Below are positions 1 to 11,066 of a stretch of DNA of 64,000 nt, piece by piece. The DNA is from Candidatus Microgenomates bacterium. GTDB lineage: Bacteria; Patescibacteriota; Microgenomatia; UBA8517; JACQJR01. The notes under the pieces were generated by a model. That model ran no database searches, was not told where the DNA came from, and saw nothing but the letters and a program-made list of their open reading frames with translations. The stretch is taken from contig JACQJR010000001.1 of assembly GCA_016204995.1 (NCBI GenBank), positions 241,132 to 305,131 on the forward strand, read 5' to 3'. Position numbers and translations under genes: made by a program. How positions within the stretch are numbered: the stretch's first letter is position 1; each line of letters begins with the position of its first letter.

Positions 1-23
1 GTATTTTTTAAAAAATCTACTCA

Positions 24-1709
24 TTAAATTTTTTCTAAAATATCAAACGCTGGTTTACCATCCAGAAAATTTATTGTTTTAATTAAATGAAAGTCAGGAG
101 GATAATTAGACGGACTAGTTATTAAAATAGTTCTGCCACTTGTTGGTACTTCCCCTCCACTTTCCATCTTCCACTTTCCATCTTCTCCGCTAGGTATTTG
201 CCAATCATTTACAAAATAAAACTTATCAAAGCGATCTATCCAAAACCAATTAGACTGACCAAAACGAATTAAGTTGGGATCATTTATATAGTTGGCTGGA
301 TCCCAAGGCCAGTAAAATAAAATAAATTCATGTGGCTCGCCATATTTTTTAGTCATAATAATTTGATCATAACTATTATAATTATCTTTGATAAATCTAA
401 CGGCTTCCTTATATCCATATTGCCAAGACCAAGAATATTCTACCCGATATTTACCAGCATAGGTAGTAATGTAATTCTCAAAAAAAGCGGCTAATAAAAC
501 AATATAAAACACTATAGCAATTAATTGAAAATTCTTCTTGGTGATCCACTTCCACATGATTACCAAACCAATAGCTGCAAGAAGTTGCGGCATCGGCTGC
601 ATCACAATACTACGCAAAGCGTGCGGAGCTTCACGAGTAACGCTAGCGGCAATCGGACTGAAGAAAAGCCAAGATAAAATTAGCAAACTTTCTTTATTTT
701 TATTTTTAACTAACCAGATTAAGCCAATAATTATAAAAGCCAACTCTGTAGGATAAATTAAACCCTTACCTGGTATATTAAATTGATATTGGCTGCCACC
801 GTTAAAAAATAAAAATGAAGGTGAGAAATAGGAGAAATAATTTTGTATAAATTTTTCTCCCACAAAAGTAACCTTATTATGCAATAGCAAAGGCAAGGGT
901 GATGGTAATTTAGAGGTATTTCTTTCTTTATTAATTTGAGAGATCGCCCCCTCATCTAAAATTCCCACCCAGCCATAGCGGGCCAAGCCCACCGGATTTA
1001 GAAGCTGCCAAAACATAGGAAGGAAGAGGAGGGCAATAGGCAATAGGCAATAGGCAATAGTTTTCCTTTGCTTTTCCCACATCTCTTGAAAATAGTTTCT
1101 ATAAATAATTAATAAACTAATCATTAAAAGGGGTACGAAAATTCTGACAGAATTATAAGTCCAAACTGATAAACCAAAAAAGGTTATACCTATGAATAGA
1201 CGCCACCTATTACTCAATCCACTAACAAAAAAATAACTACCAGCTATAGTCAGAAATAGAGCTAAATTTGCTTCCACCGCAACACGGGATAAAAATAAAT
1301 CCCAAGGCTCAATCGCGACAAAAAAGGCAGATAAAATACTAATTTCTTGTTTCTTTAATAAGGTTTGTACAAGTAAATAAGTAAAGATTATTGTACCCAA
1401 ACCAGCCAAAACCGAAACTACTCTGACTGAAAATTCATTTAAACCAAAGATGGCAATAAAAGGAACAAGGCTATAAATATAAACCGGCAATTTATAGTCT
1501 CCATAGGCGCGAAAAATAGTAGGTAAAGTTACTCCCCACTCATCTTGACCTGTTTTTAAAATGGAATAAGCATTAACCCCGTGAGAAATTTCATCCCAAT
1601 TAAGAGCAGGAGGCAACTGTGTGACATTATAAAAACGCAGCAAAGCGGCTAAAATAATAATTAAAACTAAAAATTTATTTTTAATGAAGAAATCAATAAT
1701 CCTCTGCAT
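24..1709 (-). CDS. GT-C glycosyltransferase (ArnT/PMT-like)
   Basis: N-terminal TM then NWDE..NAYSILKTG.DEWG..LP..FRAYGDYKLP motif; multi-TM; start moved to ATG 1709, overlapping the upstream stop. Confidence 0.85.
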   Translation of the reverse strand: MQRIIDFFIKNKFLVLIIILAALLRFYNVTQLPPALNWDEISHGVNAYSILKTGQDEWGVTLPTIFRAYGDYKLPVYIYSLVPFIAIFGLNEFSVRVVSVLAGLGTIIFTYLLVQTLLKKQEISILSAFFVAIEPWDLFLSRVAVEANLALFLTIAGSYFFVSGLSNRWRLFIGITFFGLSVWTYNSVRIFVPLLMISLLIIYRNYFQEMWEKQRKTIAYCLLPIALLFLPMFWQLLNPVGLARYGWVGILDEGAISQINKERNTSKLPSPLPLLLHNKVTFVGEKFIQNYFSYFSPSFLFFNGGSQYQFNIPGKGLIYPTELAFIIIGLIWLVKNKNKESLLILSWLFFSPIAASVTREAPHALRSIVMQPMPQLLAAIGLVIMWKWITKKNFQLIAIVFYIVLLAAFFENYITTYAGKYRVEYSWSWQYGYKEAVRFIKDNYNSYDQIIMTKKYGEPHEFILFYWPWDPANYINDPNLIRFGQSNWFWIDRFDKFYFVNDWQIPSGEDGKWKMESGGEVPTSGRTILITSPSNYPPDFHLIKTINFLDGKPAFDILEKI

Positions 1710-3369
1710 ATTTTTCCTTGCTGGGATCAACAATTAAAACAGCAGGCTTACCATCAGGATAAATAACAGTATGCAGGGTAGCTATTTTTTCAGGAAATTC
1801 GCCTTTTTGCCCCACTAATAAAACTCCTGATAAATTCTGATCTTCTTGGTAATTAATACTACGAAATATATATTTACCAAGATGATATTCGCCTAATTGG
1901 TCTAAAAATGAACGGCCTTCTTTCTCATAACGCAGCCAGTCTGGGGATTGCTTTTGATAATCTCCCGCGTCCCACTGGTTGTAAAACGCCACATAAATAT
2001 GTGGTTCTGATAAAGACCTACTGATAATTACTTGCTTATAATCTCCCTCTATTTTTTTTACTAAATCCATCGCTTCTTTTCTGCCATACAGCATTGAGGA
2101 CGCTCCATGGATTGGCGCGTGATAAAAATAAGATTCCAAGAAAAATAAAATCCCTACCAGCCCAATAGCCCAATAGCCCAATAGCCAAAAGCGCCAGAAA
2201 GTCAACTTATTGTTTTGTCTCCACCAATTAAATAACGTAACAGCGCCAAACGCTGAAAAAATTTGTATGGCCGGCATCATAGTAGCTGCTCGGTTGGCAG
2301 CAAATCCCGGACCTTTGGTCAAGGCCGCTGGGATAGGAGCAAGCAAAACCCAAATTACGATTAATAGTATAGTTAAATCACGTTTTTTAATTACAGCCCA
2401 AATAGCAACTAAGATGAAGGGCAATTCAAATAAATAAAGTGCCCCCATTCCCGGAATCATTCCATAAGTCCACTCACCAGCCCCTTGTGTGAATAAAAAG
2501 ATGGGGGATAAGTAGGAAAAATAATTTTTAATAAATTCACTAGTAATGTAAACTAATTTATTAGAAAAAATTCGTGCTGTTATATCTGGTAAGCCTTGTT
2601 GTACTGCTTCATATCTGCGATCTGCCACCGCCCCCCATCCACCCGTAGGATTAAAAATAGCAATATCACCAGCCCGACTAGTACTACCTCCAAAAATAGA
2701 TAAAAATGATATGCTTAAAAAGAGTAAAAAGATCCCTACCGCTATTTTTACTGATAATGTCTTCTTAATTTCTTGCCGTTTCCACCACAATAACATTAAT
2801 ACAATTAATGGCGTTAACAATTTAGCTGAATGGTAGGAAAAAAGATTAAGGCCGAAAATTACCGCCGCCACCATCAGAAATTGTGGCTTTTTGATACCTT
2901 TTAAGGAGAGCCAAATACCCAAAGGTAATAAAAGTGTCGTTAAATTTGCCTCAAAAGCACCTCTGGATAAAGACATATGCCAAGGAGAAACGGCTAGCAA
3001 TAGTGCCGACAGAAGTGCCATTTTTTGCTCTTTAAATAATTCTTTTACTAATAAAAAGACTATTAATACCCCTAAAATACCTAAGATCGCATTAGGCAAC
3101 CTGACGGCAAATTCGTTTAAGCCAAAAATAGCAACAGTCGGTATGGCTAAATAGGTATAAAGCGGAGCTTTAAAATCCCCGAAAGAACGAAAAGTTAGAG
3201 GTAAGGTTTGACCCCACTGATCTTTGCCGGTTTTTAAAATAGAGTAAGCGTCGTAACCAAAAGAGGCTTCGTCAGGCGTAAAACCATTTGGATAGCTGTC
3301 AATTCGCCACAACCTCAAAAGGCTTGCTAGAACTATAATGGCCAACAAAATCCAACGTGTCTTACCCAC
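1693..3369 (-). CDS. GT-C glycosyltransferase (ArnT/PMT-like)
   Basis: TPDEASFGYDAYSILKTGKDQWG..GDFKAP, AVRLP and SPWH motifs; paralog of neighbours. Confidence 0.85.
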   Translation of the reverse strand: MGKTRWILLAIIVLASLLRLWRIDSYPNGFTPDEASFGYDAYSILKTGKDQWGQTLPLTFRSFGDFKAPLYTYLAIPTVAIFGLNEFAVRLPNAILGILGVLIVFLLVKELFKEQKMALLSALLLAVSPWHMSLSRGAFEANLTTLLLPLGIWLSLKGIKKPQFLMVAAVIFGLNLFSYHSAKLLTPLIVLMLLWWKRQEIKKTLSVKIAVGIFLLFLSISFLSIFGGSTSRAGDIAIFNPTGGWGAVADRRYEAVQQGLPDITARIFSNKLVYITSEFIKNYFSYLSPIFLFTQGAGEWTYGMIPGMGALYLFELPFILVAIWAVIKKRDLTILLIVIWVLLAPIPAALTKGPGFAANRAATMMPAIQIFSAFGAVTLFNWWRQNNKLTFWRFWLLGYWAIGLVGILFFLESYFYHAPIHGASSMLYGRKEAMDLVKKIEGDYKQVIISRSLSEPHIYVAFYNQWDAGDYQKQSPDWLRYEKEGRSFLDQLGEYHLGKYIFRSINYQEDQNLSGVLLVGQKGEFPEKIATLHTVIYPDGKPAVLIVDPSKEKYAEDY

Positions 3370-3386
3370 TATTAAATTGTAGCATG

Positions 3387-4934
3387 TTAATTGCGGTATA
3401 AGTAGAATCTAGAGGTGCCGTCAGGCTCAATAATATCAGCTACTTTTGTAAAAGGGCCAATTTGAGTTTTTTGGCCATCCACATCGTTAAAATGGTAAAG
3501 AATTAAGGTATTTGCTGGCAAACTTTCTAAATTAATATCGGCCGGTTCAAAATAGTAAGTTTGAACCATTAATTGAGTTTGATTATTTTTGATTGTATAG
3601 AAACGCCAATACCGATCAATAAATTCTATCCTGTTATCTAGATAAATAGCTGTAGCTCGTTTTTTTTGATTTTCGACTATCACCCGCTCCAAAGCACCCG
3701 GGATATTATATTTAAACCATTCATAGGATCTAATCCTATAATCCTTCATATAGTCATACCAAAAATAAGCAAATTGTATGAGTATGAGTATAAGTAATAG
3801 ATGGCAGCCAGCACGCAATAAGTAAGATTTATGGGAAATAAGAAATTTAATACCATAGGTGGCTAGAATTATGGCAAAAGGCAGCATTACTAAGGCCCGC
3901 GAAATACGGTAATGGTCTCCTACTAAAGCCGCCGCAATCGGAGAAGTAAAAACCCCTACAATTAATAATAAATTTATCCTTGTTCTCTCTTTAAATGCCT
4001 GATAAATACCTAAGGGTAAAAATATAACCACTGGCCAAAGAAAAACTCCACTTTTAGCAGTTGAATGAATTAAACTGACATCGCCCCTGGTAAAAAGAAA
4101 ATAGGGATCAAAATAAGCTATGAAAATAGCTATTTTATGGATAATATTTTCAGGGGACAGCAGTGAAATTACACCACTAAGGGGATTTAAGTTAGTATCA
4201 TAAAGGCGAGTATAGCGAACTTGATCTATTAAAGTATCGGGGTATTGAACAAGCCAGGGGATGATGGGTAATATAGGCAAAATAAATCCTACTATTAAAA
4301 TAAGAACTAGTTTTTTCTGTTTTTTAATTTGGGGTAAAAGAAAAATAAATGTCATTAATAAATATATAGGCATCATCACTTTTGCAGCATGGTAACTATG
4401 AATACCAATTCCTAAAACCAGACCAGCTAAAAATAACAACCATATTTTTTTCTTATCTAAATAATAAGCCATTAAAAATAGCCAGCCCAACACAAAAGGC
4501 ACAATATATAAATTATCTAGCAAAAGCCGACTTTGGATAAAATGAACCGGCGTTAAGGCCAGTAAAATAGCCGCTATCATCCCCCATTTCTCGCTGCTAA
4601 ATAGCTTTTTGGTTAAAAAATAAATCAATATCACATCTATTATTCCTACCATTACACTGGGTAAACGAATAGTTATTTCTGAAATCGGCATAAACAGCAA
4701 AAATAAAGATGCTAGATAAACTATTATTGGAGTGGCCCACATTACTCCCAAATGCCAAAAATAAAAAGGTAAAAGTCTGCCGTTTTCATCAAAGCCAGTT
4801 TTGGCAACAGAATAAGCGTTTAAGGAGAATCCTAACTCATCTTGGTTTAAATGGACTGGAGTTCTGGCAAGCAAACTACCATACAACAAAGATGACGCTA
4901 GAACCAGAAAAACCAGTATGATGATTTTCTTCAT
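3387..4934 (-). CDS. GT-C glycosyltransferase (ArnT/PMT-like)
   Basis: NQDE..NAYSVAKTG.DENG motif; multi-TM. Confidence 0.8.
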   Translation of the reverse strand: MKKIIILVFLVLASSLLYGSLLARTPVHLNQDELGFSLNAYSVAKTGFDENGRLLPFYFWHLGVMWATPIIVYLASLFLLFMPISEITIRLPSVMVGIIDVILIYFLTKKLFSSEKWGMIAAILLALTPVHFIQSRLLLDNLYIVPFVLGWLFLMAYYLDKKKIWLLFLAGLVLGIGIHSYHAAKVMMPIYLLMTFIFLLPQIKKQKKLVLILIVGFILPILPIIPWLVQYPDTLIDQVRYTRLYDTNLNPLSGVISLLSPENIIHKIAIFIAYFDPYFLFTRGDVSLIHSTAKSGVFLWPVVIFLPLGIYQAFKERTRINLLLIVGVFTSPIAAALVGDHYRISRALVMLPFAIILATYGIKFLISHKSYLLRAGCHLLLILILIQFAYFWYDYMKDYRIRSYEWFKYNIPGALERVIVENQKKRATAIYLDNRIEFIDRYWRFYTIKNNQTQLMVQTYYFEPADINLESLPANTLILYHFNDVDGQKTQIGPFTKVADIIEPDGTSRFYLYRN

Positions 4935-6184
4935 TTCTTAACAGTTTTTGAGGTTTTAAAGAAGTACCAATAAAGCCATAGAAAGATGGCTGTGGTAATT
5001 AAACCCAATATTCTTGGCAGTAAACGATCTCCAGCCGACATTAAATTAACTAACCACTCAACGCGCGGATACCACCAGAAATTATAAAGATTAAGTAAAT
5101 GAATAATAGAAATTCCAACAAGTAACGGTAATAATTTTCTGTTCCAGGCTACTAAAATTGTAAATAGAGGAAATAAGGGATAAAGATAGCGCTCATGCAT
5201 GCCAGTTAGGAAAGTAAAGGCGGCAAAAGCTATTAAAGTTGCTACCCAAAAAATATTTTTACTATCATGGTTTTTATAAACTTTATAAAGTAGAGGAACA
5301 GCTGCCAGGCCGAACAAAATCAAACCCCAATTATGATATGTTAGTGGTCCTAAAAATAATGTATCGGGCCGCTCATGAATTCCCGCAAGCGTCGCCCATA
5401 AATTAAAAGCGTTAGCGGTAATAATATGTAATTGCCATTCAAAAACCTTTGTTTGATAAAGATTAACTAACCAGGAAAATGGTTCTCCCTTGGAGAAAGG
5501 TAGAGTTAGACCGCCAACAATTAATGCTGCCAGCAGAATTGATTTTAACCAATCCTTTATTTGATATTTCTGCTTAATTGCCACCATGGCCAGAATTGGT
5601 ACCATAATAACTAGTGAAACTTTGATAAATAAAGAAGTAAAGATGGCAATCATGCTCCATTTTAACTTTCTCTCAAGTAGTAGCATTATTGATAATAAAG
5701 AAAAAAAGTTGACGGTAGCATCTGTCTGTCCCCAAATCGCCGAGTTATACCAAGTCACTGGATTAAACAGAAATAATGAGGCTCCCCATAAACCTAACTT
5801 TCCTTTTAAGAATTTAAATATTAAATAAGCCATGCCTAAATCAGCCAAAATAGCCGGCAATTTAAGAAGGGCTTGGTAAAGCCGCTCTTCAAAAAACAAC
5901 ATAATGGCAGAGGGAAAAACAGGCAGATTAACATTAACCCACCAGAAGAAATTAAAAATTAGCTCAAACAACTTTCTAACAAGAGCAAAAATAATAATTG
6001 TCCCGGGGGGTTGATTAGGCCAGGAAAAACTCCAGACATTTTGGGAGTAAAACTTCTCCGGCCCGTATTGCCAAAATCTAATCCCCCAATCTACATGGTT
6101 ATTTAAATCCGGATGCCAGACAATAAAAGCAAAAACTACTCTTAATAGAAAAGCTATTAATAATACCTTCCAAAGATGTTGCAT
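4931..6184 (-). CDS. GT-C glycosyltransferase (GT87/ALG6-like)
   Basis: HPD, QPP, KLPAILAD, WGQTD and MHERY motifs; multi-TM. Confidence 0.75.
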   Translation of the reverse strand: MQHLWKVLLIAFLLRVVFAFIVWHPDLNNHVDWGIRFWQYGPEKFYSQNVWSFSWPNQPPGTIIIFALVRKLFELIFNFFWWVNVNLPVFPSAIMLFFEERLYQALLKLPAILADLGMAYLIFKFLKGKLGLWGASLFLFNPVTWYNSAIWGQTDATVNFFSLLSIMLLLERKLKWSMIAIFTSLFIKVSLVIMVPILAMVAIKQKYQIKDWLKSILLAALIVGGLTLPFSKGEPFSWLVNLYQTKVFEWQLHIITANAFNLWATLAGIHERPDTLFLGPLTYHNWGLILFGLAAVPLLYKVYKNHDSKNIFWVATLIAFAAFTFLTGMHERYLYPLFPLFTILVAWNRKLLPLLVGISIIHLLNLYNFWWYPRVEWLVNLMSAGDRLLPRILGLITTAIFLWLYWYFFKTSKTVKK

Positions 6185-6187
6185 AAT

Positions 6188-7996
6188 TTATTTTTGAGAA
6201 TTAAGGGTCAACAGGTAAAATGCTGGCTCGCCGGAAGGATAAGCAATGGCCCGGATAAGTTTAAGATTTTTCGGCAGTGTCCCCGGCTCTTGAATAATAT
6301 TGACATTAAATTCCTTAGCATTGGCTAGATAAAGGGTTTTCTCATCTAAAAATTCGGATAAGGAGTAAATTCCGCTTTTAAGAGGGGGGGAGGCAAAATA
6401 GAATTTATCCAGATGAGAAACTAATCCATAACCCGGTAAATCGGTTTTGGGGAAAGGAAAATTTTCCTGCCATTTTTGTGGAGGGTACTGGTAGGCACCA
6501 GCAAAGAAAATCCACGGAGGCTCACCTGCAGTTGAAATAATAATTTTGTCAAAATTATTTTCCTCCGCTTTAATTGTTTTAACAGCCTCTTGCCAGCCAA
6601 AATGCCACCATCTCTCACTTTCCCACGGATAGTGCACCCAAAAACTGTGTTGGTAAAGTATAAATGTTAAAACATATACTCCACCTATAGCCAAGGCTAC
6701 AGTTTTTTTCCACCTAGCAGATACATTAAGCCAAATCCCATAAACACCAAAGGCAATTAAAAATATTAAAGTAGGTAGCAGGAAAAATAGGCGGGTGGCA
6801 TGCATTCCACCATCACGAGTTAGAACAGCTGGAATAGGGGCTGCTAATATCCAAAATACAATTAAGGTTTTCATCTTGCCATTAACAGGAGAAACTATAA
6901 AGAAGGCGAGACCTGCCAGCAGGAAAATTAAATCAATCCTATAAAGCTGACCCATTTCGTTTAAGGAATGCCTTAAATTTAAATCTCCCTGAATAAAAAG
7001 AAATTGAGTGGAAAAAACTTGCAAATAGTTACGGACAAACATATTCCACCAGTAAAGCAATTTATTATGAAATACCCTATCAACTAAACTAGGTTGAGCG
7101 CCAAACTTAACATCGGGGTCAGCCACTTTAGCATCACGTAACCTATCCCAGCCAATTTGAGGCACTACAGTCGGATCAGTAAAAATAGACAAATAAGAGA
7201 AGCGGGCAGTACCACCGCCAAAGACCGTGCTATAAGCAATAGGACTACCCACTAAGAATAAAGCAACCACTGACCACAGTAGCCATTTTTTCCCTGCTTT
7301 AAATATTTCCTTCCGGTAAATCAATACCAACGCCGTCAGAAACAAAGGCATAAAGAGCTTAGCCGTACTATAAACCCACGGAGTTAGAGCAAAACATGCA
7401 GCAGACCACGGCAGCCATTTTCCATTTTTCAGTCCACGTAAGAAAAACCAAAGGCCGGCTAGAAAAAATGTCAACATTTGTGTCACTTCAAACCCCGCCC
7501 GGGAGTATTGAATATGCCAAGGAGAAATGGCTAGGAAAAGGGCGGCAAGGATTGGCAAAGACGGGTGGCGGGGGCGGAGGGAGTCCCGACGAGTGCCCGC
7601 AGCGTTCAGCGAGGACATCGGGCGGGACGAGCCCCCGGCAGGACCCGTCGTCCCCTTTAATAATTCCGATATTAATGAATAAAAAATCCAAACTCCTAAA
7701 ATTCCAAAAATGGCGGCTGGAAGTCTTACCCCCAAAGGAGAAATGCCAAAAAGAGCCACCGTTGGTACGGCACTATATAAATAAAGGGGAGTTCTCCATT
7801 CGGCAAGGGACTGAAAATGGAGTGGCATAAAGTTACCAGAATAATCACGACCTGTTTTCAAAATTGAATATGCTTGATAGCCGAGATCCAACTCATCTCC
7901 AAACAAGGAAACCGGTACCTGATCCAGCCGCCATAATCTTAAAAATGAAGCAATTAACAAAATTCCAACGAGCAATAATGGTATCTTCTTTAGCAT
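6188..7996 (-). CDS. GT-C glycosyltransferase carrying an in-frame hairpin element
   Basis: FGDE..QAYSILKTG.D motif; about 29 extra aa between EL and LAISPWH compared with paralog 1693..3369. Confidence 0.85.
   Translation of the reverse strand: MLKKIPLLLVGILLIASFLRLWRLDQVPVSLFGDELDLGYQAYSILKTGRDYSGNFMPLHFQSLAEWRTPLYLYSAVPTVALFGISPLGVRLPAAIFGILGVWIFYSLISELLKGTTGPAGGSSRPMSSLNAAGTRRDSLRPRHPSLPILAALFLAISPWHIQYSRAGFEVTQMLTFFLAGLWFFLRGLKNGKWLPWSAACFALTPWVYSTAKLFMPLFLTALVLIYRKEIFKAGKKWLLWSVVALFLVGSPIAYSTVFGGGTARFSYLSIFTDPTVVPQIGWDRLRDAKVADPDVKFGAQPSLVDRVFHNKLLYWWNMFVRNYLQVFSTQFLFIQGDLNLRHSLNEMGQLYRIDLIFLLAGLAFFIVSPVNGKMKTLIVFWILAAPIPAVLTRDGGMHATRLFFLLPTLIFLIAFGVYGIWLNVSARWKKTVALAIGGVYVLTFILYQHSFWVHYPWESERWWHFGWQEAVKTIKAEENNFDKIIISTAGEPPWIFFAGAYQYPPQKWQENFPFPKTDLPGYGLVSHLDKFYFASPPLKSGIYSLSEFLDEKTLYLANAKEFNVNIIQEPGTLPKNLKLIRAIAYPSGEPAFYLLTLNSQK
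7560..7649. repeat. GC-rich hairpin element, copy 1 (90 bp)
   Basis: GACGGGT(7560-66)/ACCCGTC(7643-49); inner stems CGGGGGC/GCCCCCG and GTCCCG/CGGGAC. Confidence 0.85.
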
Positions 7997-8026
7997 TCTT
8001 TTAATTCTAGCATTATTATTATTTAT

Positions 8027-9430
8027 TTAATCCGGCAAAATTAAACCAATATTACCAGAACTGACATCAATACTATCTGGAGACAAATATTTTGGTATCA
8101 CAATGGTATAAACAGGCGGCTTAACCTCTCTGGTCTGTGGCATTTTCTCATAATACTTAAAAAGATAATTAAATCCGAAAGTCCAACCAGGTAAGGGAAT
8201 ATAAGAAACGTAAAATTCCTGTTCGTTGTCTTGCCTTTTGATTATTTCTTTGACGATATCATCTTTGTGGACCAACGTTACTAGCGAAGGATTAAGCCAT
8301 CTTTCTCTTAATTGGCCGAAGTTAAAAATAGTTATATTAACTAAAATTAAGATTAATACGAGTTTTGATAATTTTGTCTTCTTAGCTAATAAACTTAAGG
8401 TTCCAGCCAAATAAAGAAGAGTCAAAGTAGTTAAACCCAAGAAATAATATTCCGACACGTGGGTTGGTAGTATAGTGTAATAAACTATAAAAATTACCCA
8501 AGTAGCCGCCAGCATAATTTTATGAAAACTATCTTTCCAAAATCCAACCTTATTACGAATTAATAAAAAGATTATTATCAAGAATAAAATAATAAATATT
8601 TGTGATGATAGAAATTGAATATTTAAAATCCTATTAGCTTCTAATAAATTAAATTCTGCATAATGCATCAAACGATTTACATCCAGCGATCCTCCACTAG
8701 ATCCAGAAAAGAAGGAAAACAATTTTTTAACCTCCCAGAAACTATGTAAATATTCAAAAATTATTAGTGGCAAAACAGGGATAAGGAAACAAGCTAAACT
8801 CAATATTATAGTTTTAAGCTTGGGCACAAGTTTCTTAAAAATTAATAAAAATATAAATACCAGATAGAAGGGAAATAAAATGGGATGGATGCTTGTATAC
8901 AAGCCAAAAGATAATCCCAGAAGAGGTAAAAATTTTGTCTGGCCTTGCCAATATTTATAAAAGCAATACCAAGTAATTAATACTAAAAGTTCACTGCTGT
9001 AAGAAGGTACCATGGTCCAATCATGATCTATTTCTATAAATAAAATCGCTCTTAAAAAAGCTGCTATCAAACCAGCAGTTTTGCCAAAAAGGCTGCTTGC
9101 CACCCAGAAAAAAGCGACAATTATGATTAGACCTAAAATAACTGAAGCGACAAATCCACCAATGGGATGAAGATTTGTGATGGCAAAAAATGGAACTAAA
9201 TAATAGAAATATAAGGGACCCATAAATAAACCTTCCACCGATAATCCTTGACCAATAAGTTGGATGGGGAATTCGCGCAACACGGCATAGGCGAAATTAG
9301 AGGTATACTCTTGATCAAAATCAAAATTTGCCATTTCGGGAAGTCTATAAAATCTGAAGAAGGCGGCCAGGAGTAAAATACCTATTAAGGTTAAAGTTGT
9401 AGTGTTTTTCAGCTGAAAGATTTTTGCCAT
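8027..9430 (-). CDS. GT-C glycosyltransferase
   Basis: FDFDQE..LIGQG..GPLYFY motif; multi-TM. Confidence 0.8.
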   Translation of the reverse strand: MAKIFQLKNTTTLTLIGILLLAAFFRFYRLPEMANFDFDQEYTSNFAYAVLREFPIQLIGQGLSVEGLFMGPLYFYYLVPFFAITNLHPIGGFVASVILGLIIIVAFFWVASSLFGKTAGLIAAFLRAILFIEIDHDWTMVPSYSSELLVLITWYCFYKYWQGQTKFLPLLGLSFGLYTSIHPILFPFYLVFIFLLIFKKLVPKLKTIILSLACFLIPVLPLIIFEYLHSFWEVKKLFSFFSGSSGGSLDVNRLMHYAEFNLLEANRILNIQFLSSQIFIILFLIIIFLLIRNKVGFWKDSFHKIMLAATWVIFIVYYTILPTHVSEYYFLGLTTLTLLYLAGTLSLLAKKTKLSKLVLILILVNITIFNFGQLRERWLNPSLVTLVHKDDIVKEIIKRQDNEQEFYVSYIPLPGWTFGFNYLFKYYEKMPQTREVKPPVYTIVIPKYLSPDSIDVSSGNIGLILPD

Positions 9431-10194
9431 TTTTGTCCTAACTTCAAAATTAAACTAAGCAAGGTATAACTTATTAATCCATGATACAACTTAGAAGACT
9501 CAATCAGCCATCTATTTGCCATCTCCTTTACCGTACTAGTAACACCCCCATGAACGTGATAAATTTGTGCTTCCGGTAAATAATAAATTGCCAATTTTTC
9601 CTTTCTTACTCTACGGCAATAATCTAGATCTTCAAAATACATAAAAAATTTCTCACCTAATAATCCTACTCTTTCAACCGTTCCGCGGGAAATTAACATG
9701 GCAGCGCCAACCACTGCGTCAACTTTAACTGGTTTATTCCCACTAGGCGCATATTTGTTAAAGGCTTCCATAATATTAAAAAAATATTCTTTAATGGCGG
9801 CCCATATTGTTGGTTCGTGATAACAAGAAGGCTGAATAGATCCATCTAGATTTAACAATCTTGGCGCCGCTATCCCTACGTTATTTCCATCTTTTATAAA
9901 TTCCACCATCTTTTGTATGGCATCTTTAGTAACCTTAGTATCAGGATTTAAAATAAATAAATACTCACCCCTTGCTTCTCTAATACCAATATTAACTGCT
10001 TTCGCAAATCCCAAATTTTCTTTGTTTTCAATTAATTGAATATCTTGTTTTTGCAACTTTTCAACACTACCGTCTGTAGAATTATTATCAATTACTATGA
10101 CTTCCTTATCTTTCGGAGCAAATTTTTTAATTGAAGCAAGACAGGGAAGAAGAAATTTTTTAGTATTGTAACTGACAATAATAATGGAAATCAT
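9409..10194 (-). CDS. GT2 glycosyltransferase (WbbL/RfbF-like)
   Basis: IIIVSYN, DNNSTD, NLGFAKA, LNPD, YFEDLD. Confidence 0.9.
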   Translation of the reverse strand: MISIIIVSYNTKKFLLPCLASIKKFAPKDKEVIVIDNNSTDGSVEKLQKQDIQLIENKENLGFAKAVNIGIREARGEYLFILNPDTKVTKDAIQKMVEFIKDGNNVGIAAPRLLNLDGSIQPSCYHEPTIWAAIKEYFFNIMEAFNKYAPSGNKPVKVDAVVGAAMLISRGTVERVGLLGEKFFMYFEDLDYCRRVRKEKLAIYYLPEAQIYHVHGGVTSTVKEMANRWLIESSKLYHGLISYTLLSLILKLGQKWQKSFS

Positions 10195-11066
10195 AGCTGT
10201 TTAAATTGCGCAAAAACTTCTTCATCTGTAACTTTTGCTTCTCTTATTTCCTGTAGTCTTGACTTTTTAATTTGAGATAGTTTAGTAAGAGCCGCTAAAA
10301 CCACCTTGATATAACCAGGGGAACGGAGAAGACGACCCATTAGACCATTGATGTGTTCGCGAAACATTTTTTTACTGGTAATGTTTTTCCAAATCAGCAG
10401 TAGCTGATTTCTCTCTTGGATAAAATTAACATAGCTTTTGCTAAAATACTTACCAATTGTTCCCTCGTGTTTATGTAAAACTTTGGCCCTTGGTTCCCAT
10501 AAAAGTTTATATCCTCTTTTTAATGCTCTATAACATAAATCCACATCTTCCCAATAAAATGGCGCATATATCTCATCTAATCCACCTAACTCATCCCAAA
10601 TAGATTTTCTAAAAGCTCCGCTGCCTCCAGATATCCAGAAGGTTTCATGAAGATTATTTATCCTTTCGCCTGGTTCATGCTGGATGAAACCATCTTTCCA
10701 CAATCCACGACTCCAGGAAAATTTCTCTTCTGCAAAAGAGACACCAAAAACTTTCTCATCATTAAAATGGGGTAGAATTGCCTTAATTAAATTTTTATCA
10801 GGTTTTACATCAGTGTTAAGAAGAATAATAATATCGCCTTGAGCCGCCTTTACCCCTTTATTCACACTCCTGGCAAATCCTAAATTCTTATTGTTTTCAA
10901 TAACTTTGCACTTTTCACTTTGTACTTTTAACTTTTCTATTGATTTATCAGTAGAATAATCATCCACTACTATGATTTCATCCGCCCCCAAATCAACCCA
11001 ACTAGAAAAATTTTTCTCAATTAGATCTTCTCCATTCCAATTAGGAATAATTACTGATGTCATCAT
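10191..11066 (-). CDS. GT2 glycosyltransferase
   Basis: VIIPNWNG, VDDYSTD, LLNTD, YWEDVD. Confidence 0.9.
   Translation of the reverse strand: MMTSVIIPNWNGEDLIEKNFSSWVDLGADEIIVVDDYSTDKSIEKLKVQSEKCKVIENNKNLGFARSVNKGVKAAQGDIIILLNTDVKPDKNLIKAILPHFNDEKVFGVSFAEEKFSWSRGLWKDGFIQHEPGERINNLHETFWISGGSGAFRKSIWDELGGLDEIYAPFYWEDVDLCYRALKRGYKLLWEPRAKVLHKHEGTIGKYFSKSYVNFIQERNQLLLIWKNITSKKMFREHINGLMGRLLRSPGYIKVVLAALTKLSQIKKSRLQEIREAKVTDEEVFAQFKQL

Noticed and set aside
6912-6923. CCTGCCAGCAGG palindrome
   Set aside because: Encodes ordinary TM residues with no length excess; likely chance.
7396-7830. ORFs 7396..7830 (+), 7488..7691 (-) and 17028..17228 (-) over the GC-rich inserts
   Set aside because: Shadow frames kept open by stop-poor GC-rich hairpins inside real genes.
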